Source: a virus
Lineage: Duplodnaviria > Caudoviricetes
Reading direction: 5' to 3' (one strand)
Length of the DNA stretch: 47,157 nt
IMG/VR virus record: IMGVR_UViG_3300020045_002575
Span: 1-47,157 of that record
Below are positions 1 through 8,606 of the stretch, piece after piece (the first letter of the stretch is position 1; each line of letters opens with the position of its first letter). The notes under the pieces are model-generated. The model made no database searches, was not told the origin of the DNA, and worked only from the letters and a program-made list of their open reading frames with translations. The translations under genes and the position numbers were made by a program.

Positions 1-121
1 AACTGTTTTTTACTCCGATGTTGTTTGTAAAATAACTCTTTAATGAAAAAGGACTGATATTCGGAAATGTTGCCGTTGTGGTTGTTGGGTCGATCACCCC
101 GTTCACTTTTACCAAACAATT
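1..121. repeat. 121-bp direct terminal repeat, copy 1 (assembly overlap of a circular or circularly permuted genome)
   Basis: 1-121 is identical to 47037-47157 and falls inside a gene that reads in frame across the join. Confidence 0.95.
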
Positions 122-3100
122 GACAATTTGCAATAATTTATTGGATGAAAAATTTGATTCGTCAAAATCGCAAATTTTCGCCCCGGTCGGCAAACTTAAA
201 TTAACATCCAAATACAACCTATTCGAAAACAAAGTGGTTAAGCCTTTTTTTATTAACGTTCCTGATGCTCCAAAACTAAATGCGTTTGTGTTAACTAATT
301 TGAAACCGTTCCAAACACCTTCCAACATCAATCCGTCCGAACAACTGTAAATTCCACAAGTTGTCCCGGTGAATTGACGATAACCACGAATAACACCCAA
401 AGAAGCACACGAAACAAAATTGACGTCATTCAATTCAATGGCATTTGATCCGGAAATGTCGGCAATTCTAAAAACATCGCCCAATCCACTATTGAATTCA
501 ATATTATTTGAAACAAAATTTCCGGATCCGGATTTTTCATTGAATTTCCAAAATGCAACCAATCCGGTTTGGACTATGGAAGCAAACTCCAAATCCGAAC
601 CCGAATTATAAATTGTCGTCACGTCGGAAGGCGTTAACATATAGTTTTTCCAAACTCCCATTTGTTTGACCCTTGCTTTTAAATAATTATTATTTAACGC
701 ATCAAGTGTCGCTCCAATCTTTGTTTCACTTGACGATTGATAAATCATATATGTATAGGAACCCACGGTTGTGGTTGTTACTGTTTGATCAACTCCGTTT
801 ATGTATATTTTTACGGATCCAGTTCCGTTATAGGTTACTACCAAATCATACCAAATATTTATTGATTTACTAAAAACGCAAGTCGCTTGCAAGTAATTTG
901 AGTTACTGCCTTGATTAAAAAGCCTAACCGTTAAATTAGTAGCGTCCGAAAATATCAAATATTCGTTGTTGTTTAGATAGTACACACTTGATTTGATCAT
1001 TAATGTTTGTGTTCCGGTAGTTTTTAAAAACATTACTTTTTGCCTTATTGAAAAAGGCACATCGGCACCGGCTTGTGTAAAACTAAAATCCGTTTTATTT
1101 CCGGCAAATGACAAAACATTCTTAACACCATCAAATTCAATATATTCATCCGTTTGCTTTGGATGTCCGGTAAGTGCCGGAACGTTTGTCCCTATGGAAG
1201 CCACCACGGTTTTAAGTGCGTTTGAAAAAATACTTTCCGAAGCTACATTCTTGACTAATTTGGAAACGTCAAAACCATAACCCGTCAAAGTCAATCCGGT
1301 TTCCGGTACAATAATATATTCAGACGCCAACAAAGTGATCGTTCCATCAATCACATAAGTCACCGAACTATCAAGTGGTTTACTTATTAGATCCTTTTTG
1401 CTACGGATCACCACTTCTTTTGATTTTTCTTTGAAGGTGTCCGATGCGTAAACCGTTTTTATTCTATTTCCAAGTGATTGTGCATTTGTTTTTAAAGTAC
1501 CATTAATTGTCACCGTTGTAGGTACTGCCAACCCTTCATTCCCGTAAGGATAATCACGGATTAAATTTTCCGTTAACGTGTTGTGAATTATTGTGCAACT
1601 TCCCAAAAACAACACCGCTTCCGGCGTTTGTGATGCTTCACGATACAATAAAAAGTCACTCACTTGAATGTCGCAATTTCTAAATGTAGTTAATCCGCCG
1701 GGATTGTACATTCCACGAAGTTTTCCGATAAAATTATCAAAATAGGATCCGCCAACGGATGTTCCGGCGTTTTGGTAATTGTTTGAATTTATCTTCCCGG
1801 TAACATAACCGGCAAAACCAAAATAACACAAATCATTTAATGTGGAATCATTGAATTTTATACTTTTAGTTATAAACGTTATTGTTCCGTTATATGTGGC
1901 ATTTCCTATTTCTAAATTAAAATTTCCGGATCCTTGTGATGATATAGTCAAGTTGTTAGTAACACCCATATTTGTTTTGACGATATTATTAATCTTTACA
2001 GTTCCATTGAAATAAGCAAAAAACGGATTGTTGAATGTAGTTACATTCATTGTGTCAATTTCAAGTTTTATCAAAATAGAATTCCCCCCATTAGTTCCAA
2101 TAAATTTACCGGCAACTGAATTGACCACAAGTGTTTTGATATACATATCAGAACCGCCCGAAAAATTGAATGATGCTAAATAACTAATACTTGCGCAACG
2201 CCATTCCAAAGTGTTCATTCTACCTTTTAAAATTATATTTCCGGAACTTAAAGCACCCTCAAAATGGAAACCGTTGGTGTTAGTTGCTAAAATGCTGATA
2301 TTTTCGTTTGTAAACGTCCAAGTGCAAATCGTTCCGTTTGTAAACGCGTAACTCGCAACGGTTGTTCCGTCGGATTCTTTAATTGCTGAAAAATCAAGTG
2401 TTGCATTTGACCTTGAATAAAAAGTTAGGTTTCTTGGAACAATCCTTCTTACTATTGGTATAGTTCCGCCAATTAGATAAACATTATAAGTTTCGCCCGT
2501 AGTGGTTGGCAATGCGTTTAACATTGCTTCAAATGTTTTGAAAGGCTTTTTTGAGTTTTCAATTACACCAGTAACATCTGAACCGTTAACGACATCCAAA
2601 TAAACCGCCAAAGGCGCCAAAGAATCAATCGAAATCTTTTTATTTCCGGTGTCAAAAGAAACATTTTCAAATTTTATATTATCCGTGATTTTAAATTGTT
2701 CGACACCGGCATTATTTTGAATTGATATTTCGGAAGTCGTGACTATATTTCCGGAACCCAATAAACTTTGACCATTGATGTTTTTTATCGTAGTACCCGG
2801 AATCAAAATATTTTGAAACTTTCCGACCGCCCAATCATAAATTGATTTTACGGTTGCAAACTTCACGTTTGAAGTTTTATCGGCTTCAATATCGGTTGAC
2901 TTATTCGCAGTATTTTCCGGGACATACCCAATATTTGATTCCAATATATCCCAATTTCCGGAAGTTTGTCCCGGCGCGTCGGTCAATGCACGAATCGAAT
3001 CACCAATGTTTACCAGTTGACCGCCTAATGTTCCCGCAATTGAAATATACCAAAGATCGCCTTTTAATATTGCGCCCGATGTTCCCGAACCACCAGTTGA

Positions 3101-4090
3101 AGGAAACAAGTTTGTCGAAGCGTCGTAATTTCCGCGATCATCCAATAATCCAACAACCAATCCGTCGACATAAGTTTTTGAAGCCTTTAAATCCAATTCA
3201 TCTTGCAATCCATTGACGTCACTTATTTCGATTTCAAAACTTGCGCCAACATAATCGAATCGATTATTGTCGGCGTTGTAGCAAAATTGAACGGTTTCGT
3301 GTGGCTCCAAAATTAAGTTTAATCCATTTGGGAAAAACAATGGCGTTTCGCCAATGATGCTTGTTCCTGAATTGATCATATTTTTCAAAACAATAGGCGA
3401 ATCGGTCGCATTTCTAAACTGCAAAGGATGATTTTGACCGCCAATATAATTTGTACCCAAAATAAAATAATCGAAAAATCCTTGTCCGTTATTTTGAAAC
3501 TCAACAAAATGATTTTCGCCATCTAATTCGATAACATTTTGCACGTTAGGAACCGGAACGGTCAATCGTTCCAACTTTGAAACCAACAAGGACAAATCAA
3601 CTATTTTTTTTATAAACGACAACACCGCAACTGAACTTTCATTGACTTGGTAAACATAATTCAAATTGTCGGCAAATCCCTTGACGGTGATTTCGTAAAT
3701 CGGATTCATCGATCCGTCGATGTTCGACACATAGGATTGGAATTCTAAAAAAACCGTCCTTCCTGAATAATCCTTGAATTGGATCAAATCACCGGTCGCC
3801 ATCGTAGACAACAACTTTCCGAAATCCGTCAAATCCGATGTTAATTTGGATGTTGTGATCAAGAAGTCGGAAACGTTATTCATTGCGTTTCCGTTCCAAG
3901 ATAAAGTCCCGGAAGGAAACAAAGTTGATTCCTTTTTTGCAATGAACGGCGACCCGGTATATTTTCCGGTTTTCCTTAAAATTTCTTTTTCAATACCGTT
4001 GTGATTTTCCGCCAATATTGATCCCGGCGCGCCGGTTGGGTCGATCTCGATGTCGATCCTTTCTTCAACCAATTTTAAATTGTCCGCCAT
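1..4090 (-). CDS. Tail fibre / receptor-binding protein, 5' part (full CDS 4090->1, then 47036->46900, about 1408 aa)
   Basis: ATG at 4090 (MADNLKLVEERIDIEIDPTG) behind an A-rich leader. The track lists no stop-terminated ORF in this frame, so it is open to base 1, and it is in frame with ORF 46900..47151. Hand translation shows GLLDDRGNYDASTNLFP..GDLWYISIAG fibre motifs, a beta-helix-start motif YLDVVNGSD..KPFKTF and a LamG-like WYDLVVTYNG..KIYINGV. Confidence 0.85.
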   Translation of the reverse strand, partial: MADNLKLVEERIDIEIDPTGAPGSILAENHNGIEKEILRKTGKYTGSPFIAKKESTLFPSGTLSWNGNAMNNVSDFLITTSKLTSDLTDFGKLLSTMATGDLIQFKDYSGRTVFLEFQSYVSNIDGSMNPIYEITVKGFADNLNYVYQVNESSVAVLSFIKKIVDLSLLVSKLERLTVPVPNVQNVIELDGENHFVEFQNNGQGFFDYFILGTNYIGGQNHPLQFRNATDSPIVLKNMINSGTSIIGETPLFFPNGLNLILEPHETVQFCYNADNNRFDYVGASFEIEISDVNGLQDELDLKASKTYVDGLVVGLLDDRGNYDASTNLFPSTGGSGTSGAILKGDLWYISIAGTLGGQLVNIGDSIRALTDAPGQTSGNWDILESNIGYVPENTANKSTDIEADKTSNVKFATVKSIYDWAVGKFQNILIPGTTIKNINGQSLLGSGNIVTTSEISIQNNAGVEQFKITDNIKFENVSFDTGNKKISIDSLAPLAVYLDVVNGSDVTGVIENSKKPFKTFEAMLNALPTTTGETYNVYLIGGTIPIVRRIVPRNLTFYSRSNATLDFSAIKESDGTTVASYAFTNGTICTWTFTNENISILATNTNGFHFEGALSSGNIILKGRMNTLEWRCASISYLASFNFSGGSDMYIKTLVVNSVAGKFIGTNGGNSILIKLEIDTMNVTTFNNPFFAYFNGTVKINNIVKTNMGVTNNLTISSQGSGNFNLEIGNATYNGTITFITKSIKFNDSTLNDLCYFGFAGYVTGKINSNNYQNAGTSVGGSYFDNFIGKLRGMYNPGGLTTFRNCDIQVSDFLLYREASQTPEAVLFLGSCTIIHNTLTENLIRDYPYGNEGLAVPTTVTINGTLKTNAQSLGNRIKTVYASDTFKEKSKEVVIRSKKDLISKPLDSSVTYVIDGTITLLASEYIIVPETGLTLTGYGFDVSKLVKNVASESIFSNALKTVVASIGTNVPALTGHPKQTDEYIEFDGVKNVLSFAGNKTDFSFTQAGADVPFSIRQKVMFLKTTGTQTLMIKSSVYYLNNNEYLIFSDATNLTVRLFNQGSNSNYLQATCVFSKSINIWYDLVVTYNGTGSVKIYINGVDQTVTTTTVGSYTYMIYQSSSETKIGATLDALNNNYLKARVKQMGVWKNYMLTPSDVTTIYNSGSDLEFASIVQTGLVAFWKFNEKSGSGNFVSNNIEFNSGLGDVFRIADISGSNAIELNDVNFVSCASLGVIRGYRQFTGTTCGIYSCSDGLMLEGVWNGFKLVNTNAFSFGASGTLIKKGLTTLFSNRLYLDVNLSLPTGAKICDFDESNFSSNKLLQIVNCLVKVNGVIDPTTTTATFPNISPFSLKSYFTNNIGVKNS

Positions 4091-4108
4091 TTTTATTTGT
4101 GTATTAAA

Positions 4109-6619
4109 TTATTCATAAGTCGTTTCGTATCTGAATTCATAAAGTCCCGGATCAAATATTTCGCCGGTTTGATCCTTGCAACCCACGCGTCCGGTGATTC
4201 TGTATTTCGCGCCCGGTTGCAACAAGTCGGGGTCGACTAAACAAGACGTTTTCAAAATCTTGTTCGTCACGTCGACTTCCATTTTCAATTTTGTTTCACC
4301 CGTCAAAGGTATCAAAGGATTGTCAGTTTCCGAACCCCAAACCGATGACAATTGTCGCATTTCCATACGTCCCGCGCCCCGGTCGATCTCGATGGTCGTC
4401 ACTCCATAGGTTTTGGAAAGATCCCAAATCCCGTCGTCCAATATGTCGAAGGAAATTTCGATTCGCGTCGGTTCGTTCGACAAGATCACACCCAACGGTT
4501 TTCCGCTTTCCGGATCCGTCCCGACATTTAACAATGTGTCATCCGAATCCCTGAAATATTGGTGTGTCGTGTCGATGTTTTGGTTTTCGTCGTAATCCAC
4601 GAACTTCATTTTGAACTGGTTTTTGTACTGCAACAAATCACCGTTGACTACGGCGTCGATCTTTGCGTAAAAATTCACGATCCAACCATTCGTCCGGATG
4701 TAGTTGATCCAATCGTTGTTGAACCCGTTGTTGGTTGCGTTTGCGTTGAAAAAAGCGGGTGGCGTCGACTGGTTCAACAACCAATCTTCATAACGGATCT
4801 TTGTCGCGAAATATGCCATATATCCGTAAAAATCGACCGTGTCCAACAACGGTTCGCGTTTCACCTTCACCCAATTTTTGTTGTTTCCGGGTTCCAGTTT
4901 GAAACCCCTTGATTGGTCAAAATCGAATTGTTGCGTCCCGGCGGAATCCTTTGGAAATTGCGTCAAGTCGATTTCATATTTTTCCAAGACGAAATCGTCG
5001 TTCAAACCGATGTTGAAGGCTTCGACGCCGAATTCGATCTTTTGGAACACGACCGTTTTATCTTTCTTGATCCTGAAAGGGATCCGCATCAAAATATCAT
5101 CCTGAACCAATCCGTCCAACATCGTTTCGCCGACATTGGTTTCGTCAAACGGGTGTTCGATGAACTTTGCGTCGATATATGGATATTCGCCCGCCGGCGG
5201 AATGTTTTTCACCAAGGAATTGAAGTCAGCCAACAACGAAACGCGGTCGGAAAAATTGCGTCCCAATGATCCGTCGGCAACCGACACCCAAAGGATGAAA
5301 TTTCGATCGCTTGGATCCTTCTTGTCGAACAAGGCGAAAAAAGCCGGGTTCGGAATGAAATTGGCTTCCATCACTATTTTTCCGTTTATCCCGGTGAATT
5401 TTACCGTGGACGAATCCATTGACGCGCCGTCGATTCCCGCCCCGAAATTGACCGCCGGGAACAAGGTGTTCAACGTGAATCCGTTGGTCAACGATCCCGA
5501 TTGCACGAACAAATTTCGATACAACGGCGTTTCCTTGTTCTTATAGTCGGATTCGTTTGAAGGGATCCACGCGAACCCGAAACCGCATTCCGTTTGCGAA
5601 TTCAGGTTTGGAACGCCCGAAACGACTATTTTGACCTTTGTTTCCGTCGCGTAATCCATCGCGTCGACCTGATTTCCGTTCACGTCGAAATATTGCACGG
5701 AATCGATCTTAAAATCGTTCGACAACTGGTTGAAATTTTCGTCGAACCAACCGGTGTTTCCCAAACGTTCGGTTTGCTTCAAATTGTTTTTGATTTTTAC
5801 GTTGGGATTGTTCCATTCCGGATAAAATTCGATCGAAAAATTGTCGGTCAAGGATCCGTCGCCGGTCAAGTATGAAGGCATTTCCATATTTTCGAAATTG
5901 GAAAGGTCTTCAAACAATGATGAAATCATATATTGAACCTTGATGTCGTATTCATAAACATTGTCCGTTCCGTTCTTTTTCCCGTATGGTTTGACCTCGA
6001 TCATCCGAATCGACATTCCCGATTGAAGTCCAACGGCTTCCATTTGTTGGAATGTCCCGTTGTTCAATATGTTGGGTTTGACGAATTCCGAAATCGTCCC
6101 GTCGATCAATGAATTCAAGTTTGTGGATTGGAAATTCTCGTTTGTCAGGTGCGAATATTTGAACCGCAACCCTTCCGGCATTTTGTCGACATAGATTTTT
6201 ACTTCCGAAATTTTCTTGTTTCCAAAATTGGTCGGAATACTATCGAAGGACTGGACGTTGATCGCTTGCGCCACTTCAATCGTGGATCCATAGACATTCG
6301 TGATCGTGTACGTTTGAACGTATGGCGTGACGGTTTCAAAAGTTCCGTCGTTGTTCGTGTCTTGTGAATAAATATATTTCAATATCACGGACATTCCATT
6401 GTCGAATCCGTAATCACCCCAATTTTTACCATTTAACAAGGTGAAAGACCGGTTGATGTAGTCAATTTGCAATGGTTGTTCCTGTGTTGCGATATAGTCC
6501 ACGGACGCTTCGACTTTTAGGTTCAAAGTTTGCCATTCGCCGACGTTTCCCAACAACCAATCGGTTGTCCCGTTGGTGAAAATTTCTTCGTAATTCCTAT
6601 TGATTATTTTTACTGGCAT
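4109..6619 (-). CDS. Tail/baseplate structural protein (836 aa)
   Basis: Long beta-rich ORF between the tail-tip gene and the fibre. Confidence 0.65.
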   Translation of the reverse strand: MPVKIINRNYEEIFTNGTTDWLLGNVGEWQTLNLKVEASVDYIATQEQPLQIDYINRSFTLLNGKNWGDYGFDNGMSVILKYIYSQDTNNDGTFETVTPYVQTYTITNVYGSTIEVAQAINVQSFDSIPTNFGNKKISEVKIYVDKMPEGLRFKYSHLTNENFQSTNLNSLIDGTISEFVKPNILNNGTFQQMEAVGLQSGMSIRMIEVKPYGKKNGTDNVYEYDIKVQYMISSLFEDLSNFENMEMPSYLTGDGSLTDNFSIEFYPEWNNPNVKIKNNLKQTERLGNTGWFDENFNQLSNDFKIDSVQYFDVNGNQVDAMDYATETKVKIVVSGVPNLNSQTECGFGFAWIPSNESDYKNKETPLYRNLFVQSGSLTNGFTLNTLFPAVNFGAGIDGASMDSSTVKFTGINGKIVMEANFIPNPAFFALFDKKDPSDRNFILWVSVADGSLGRNFSDRVSLLADFNSLVKNIPPAGEYPYIDAKFIEHPFDETNVGETMLDGLVQDDILMRIPFRIKKDKTVVFQKIEFGVEAFNIGLNDDFVLEKYEIDLTQFPKDSAGTQQFDFDQSRGFKLEPGNNKNWVKVKREPLLDTVDFYGYMAYFATKIRYEDWLLNQSTPPAFFNANATNNGFNNDWINYIRTNGWIVNFYAKIDAVVNGDLLQYKNQFKMKFVDYDENQNIDTTHQYFRDSDDTLLNVGTDPESGKPLGVILSNEPTRIEISFDILDDGIWDLSKTYGVTTIEIDRGAGRMEMRQLSSVWGSETDNPLIPLTGETKLKMEVDVTNKILKTSCLVDPDLLQPGAKYRITGRVGCKDQTGEIFDPGLYEFRYETTYE

Positions 6620-6848
6620 CCTGAAACTGTTTTATAAGGTTTTGCGCTTCGATTATTTTTCCATCTTTCGCCAAAGACGTGACTTTTGTCATCAACGTTT
6701 TAACTTCGTCAATCTTTTTTTTGTCGCCGTCCGGCGCGCCCATCAAGGATTGTTGGATTATGTTTTCAAATATACGGTTTTGCTCGTTCATTTGATTTAT
6801 AGCATTTCTTGCCAACTCCGATTGTTCCAATATCATTTTTAAGTCCAT
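6597..6848 (-). CDS. Small helical hypothetical protein in the tail module (83 aa)
   Basis: Fills the gap and overlaps the downstream start. Confidence 0.7.
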   Translation of the reverse strand: MDLKMILEQSELARNAINQMNEQNRIFENIIQQSLMGAPDGDKKKIDEVKTLMTKVTSLAKDGKIIEAQNLIKQFQDASKNNQ

Positions 6849-6850
6849 AA

Positions 6851-8605
6851 CTAAACTATTTTAATTTGTAAATTGTTCGTGTATTTTTTTCTCACACGAT
6901 AGTCGATTTCCGCCGTCGTCTTGAATGGATTATAAACCACTTTTTCGACGAAATATTCTTGACCATTTGCATCGACGGCGTTGTTGTTTTCCATCAAGAT
7001 CGCAAAATCCTTGATCGTCATTGGAACCGGCTGTTTTTCGTATCTAAAAAACTGGTTGTGTATTCCTTGGTATTCCGCAAAAGAATTGATGAAATGGAAT
7101 TTGTCCCACAAAACCTTTGCGTCCAGTTCGACCCGTTGGTTGTTCGCCAATTTTGTCCCGGACATTTTCACCACCTTCCCGGAAGTAAGGAAATGCGAAG
7201 ACAACAACAAAGATCCAATCCGGTTTTCGATTTGCGCTTCGAAACTGGTTCCGCGTCCAAAAATACCGGTCAATCCGTCCACGACTTTCGCCAATTGCTT
7301 CAAGATCTTTTCGACGGTTGTCAAATCCGTTTTTTCGCGCCCCAAAGAAAAAGGAATCGCGATTTCCGCAAGGTTTTTGATCATCACGAATTCTTTGTTT
7401 ATGGTGTTGACCGGACTTGTGATCGCCTGAAAAACACGACCTTCCACAATGTCCAAGGTGTTTTGGTCTTGGATGTCCAACGCCCAATAAATGTTGTAAT
7501 TCGAAACCATTTCGTTCGTATTGAATTTCACGCCGTCCAAGATCCGTTCTTGATCGTTGAAAAATGACGGCATTTGATAGGGCGAAGGAAAAATGAATTT
7601 GTCTTTTCTTTGGAAATAAAATGTCCCGTTTACGATTCGAAAATCCGCGTTGAACATTTCTTTTGTCACCCGGATCAAGTCGCCAAAAGTGTAAATCGGC
7701 TCACTATTGGAAGGAAATCCATTTTCGCCATTGGATCCGCCCTTCTTGTCCTTTCTCGGAATGTGTACCCAATCCAGTTCCGCGATGTCCGAATGAAATC
7801 CCAATCCAAGGTGTTGACACGATCTTTCGTACATACGACGAAAAGACATTCCGAGGTGGTTTCTTTTCTTTGGCAATAATTGTTCAAAAATTTCCTTTAT
7901 CAAATTAACAATAGCGATTGTCATCGCTATAATATAAGCCAAACGCGCCAATGCTTTCAAAGCCACCATCACCCAATCACCCAAATCCCAAGCCGTCACC
8001 GCAACCGCCCCAAAACCGACGCCGACACCTATGACCGGCGTCGAAGCGTTGGCAATGTCCGCAATTGTTTGTGCCAATTTTTCGACATTCTCGATCAATT
8101 CTTTTGTCATCATATAAATCGACATCGACAAAACAATGATTTGCATCCCGTCCGGGACATAATTGATCACATAAGGAACCTTTATGAAATCACCGTTCAC
8201 GATTACGCCTTGGTCGTACAAATAAGCCATTGAAAATCCGTCCGCCACGTCGTTCAACCAGTCTTCACCGTGTTTTTTCTTCAACGCGCAAATGATTTCT
8301 TCACCGCCCAAAACCGTCATTTCTTGCGTGAAATCCAAGAATCCTTCGAAAACGAATGTCGGGTTTGCCGGATCGCCAACCGCGATTTCGTATGGATCGC
8401 CCTCGAAGATCCCGACACCGCCGGTCAATCCGTCATAAATCCTTTTTTGCAAATATTCGTTCGCCTTGTCCACAAACTTCAAATCCGACACGTTAATCGT
8501 GCCGGATTCTTTTGCGTTCAACCAATCAATTGTGATTTCCAAATCTTGCCAATTTCTTGGTTCGCCGAAATCTTGTCCGTTTAAATAGTGTCTAATATCC
8601 GCCAT
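6851..8605 (-). CDS. Tail tip / hub protein with an internal hydrophobic segment (584 aa)
   Basis: Immediately downstream of the tape measure gene; N-terminal EPRNWQDL motif resembles Bacteroidota phage post-TMP proteins. Confidence 0.65.
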   Translation of the reverse strand: MADIRHYLNGQDFGEPRNWQDLEITIDWLNAKESGTINVSDLKFVDKANEYLQKRIYDGLTGGVGIFEGDPYEIAVGDPANPTFVFEGFLDFTQEMTVLGGEEIICALKKKHGEDWLNDVADGFSMAYLYDQGVIVNGDFIKVPYVINYVPDGMQIIVLSMSIYMMTKELIENVEKLAQTIADIANASTPVIGVGVGFGAVAVTAWDLGDWVMVALKALARLAYIIAMTIAIVNLIKEIFEQLLPKKRNHLGMSFRRMYERSCQHLGLGFHSDIAELDWVHIPRKDKKGGSNGENGFPSNSEPIYTFGDLIRVTKEMFNADFRIVNGTFYFQRKDKFIFPSPYQMPSFFNDQERILDGVKFNTNEMVSNYNIYWALDIQDQNTLDIVEGRVFQAITSPVNTINKEFVMIKNLAEIAIPFSLGREKTDLTTVEKILKQLAKVVDGLTGIFGRGTSFEAQIENRIGSLLLSSHFLTSGKVVKMSGTKLANNQRVELDAKVLWDKFHFINSFAEYQGIHNQFFRYEKQPVPMTIKDFAILMENNNAVDANGQEYFVEKVVYNPFKTTAEIDYRVRKKYTNNLQIKIV

Positions 8606-8606
8606 T

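Noticed and set aside
1-121. Terminal repeat as a biological DTR or att site
   Set aside because: It lies mid-gene, and 121 bp is consistent with an assembler k-mer overlap
1-4090. Diversity-generating retroelement or invertible fibre cassette
   Set aside because: No reverse transcriptase, invertase or TR/VR pair seen
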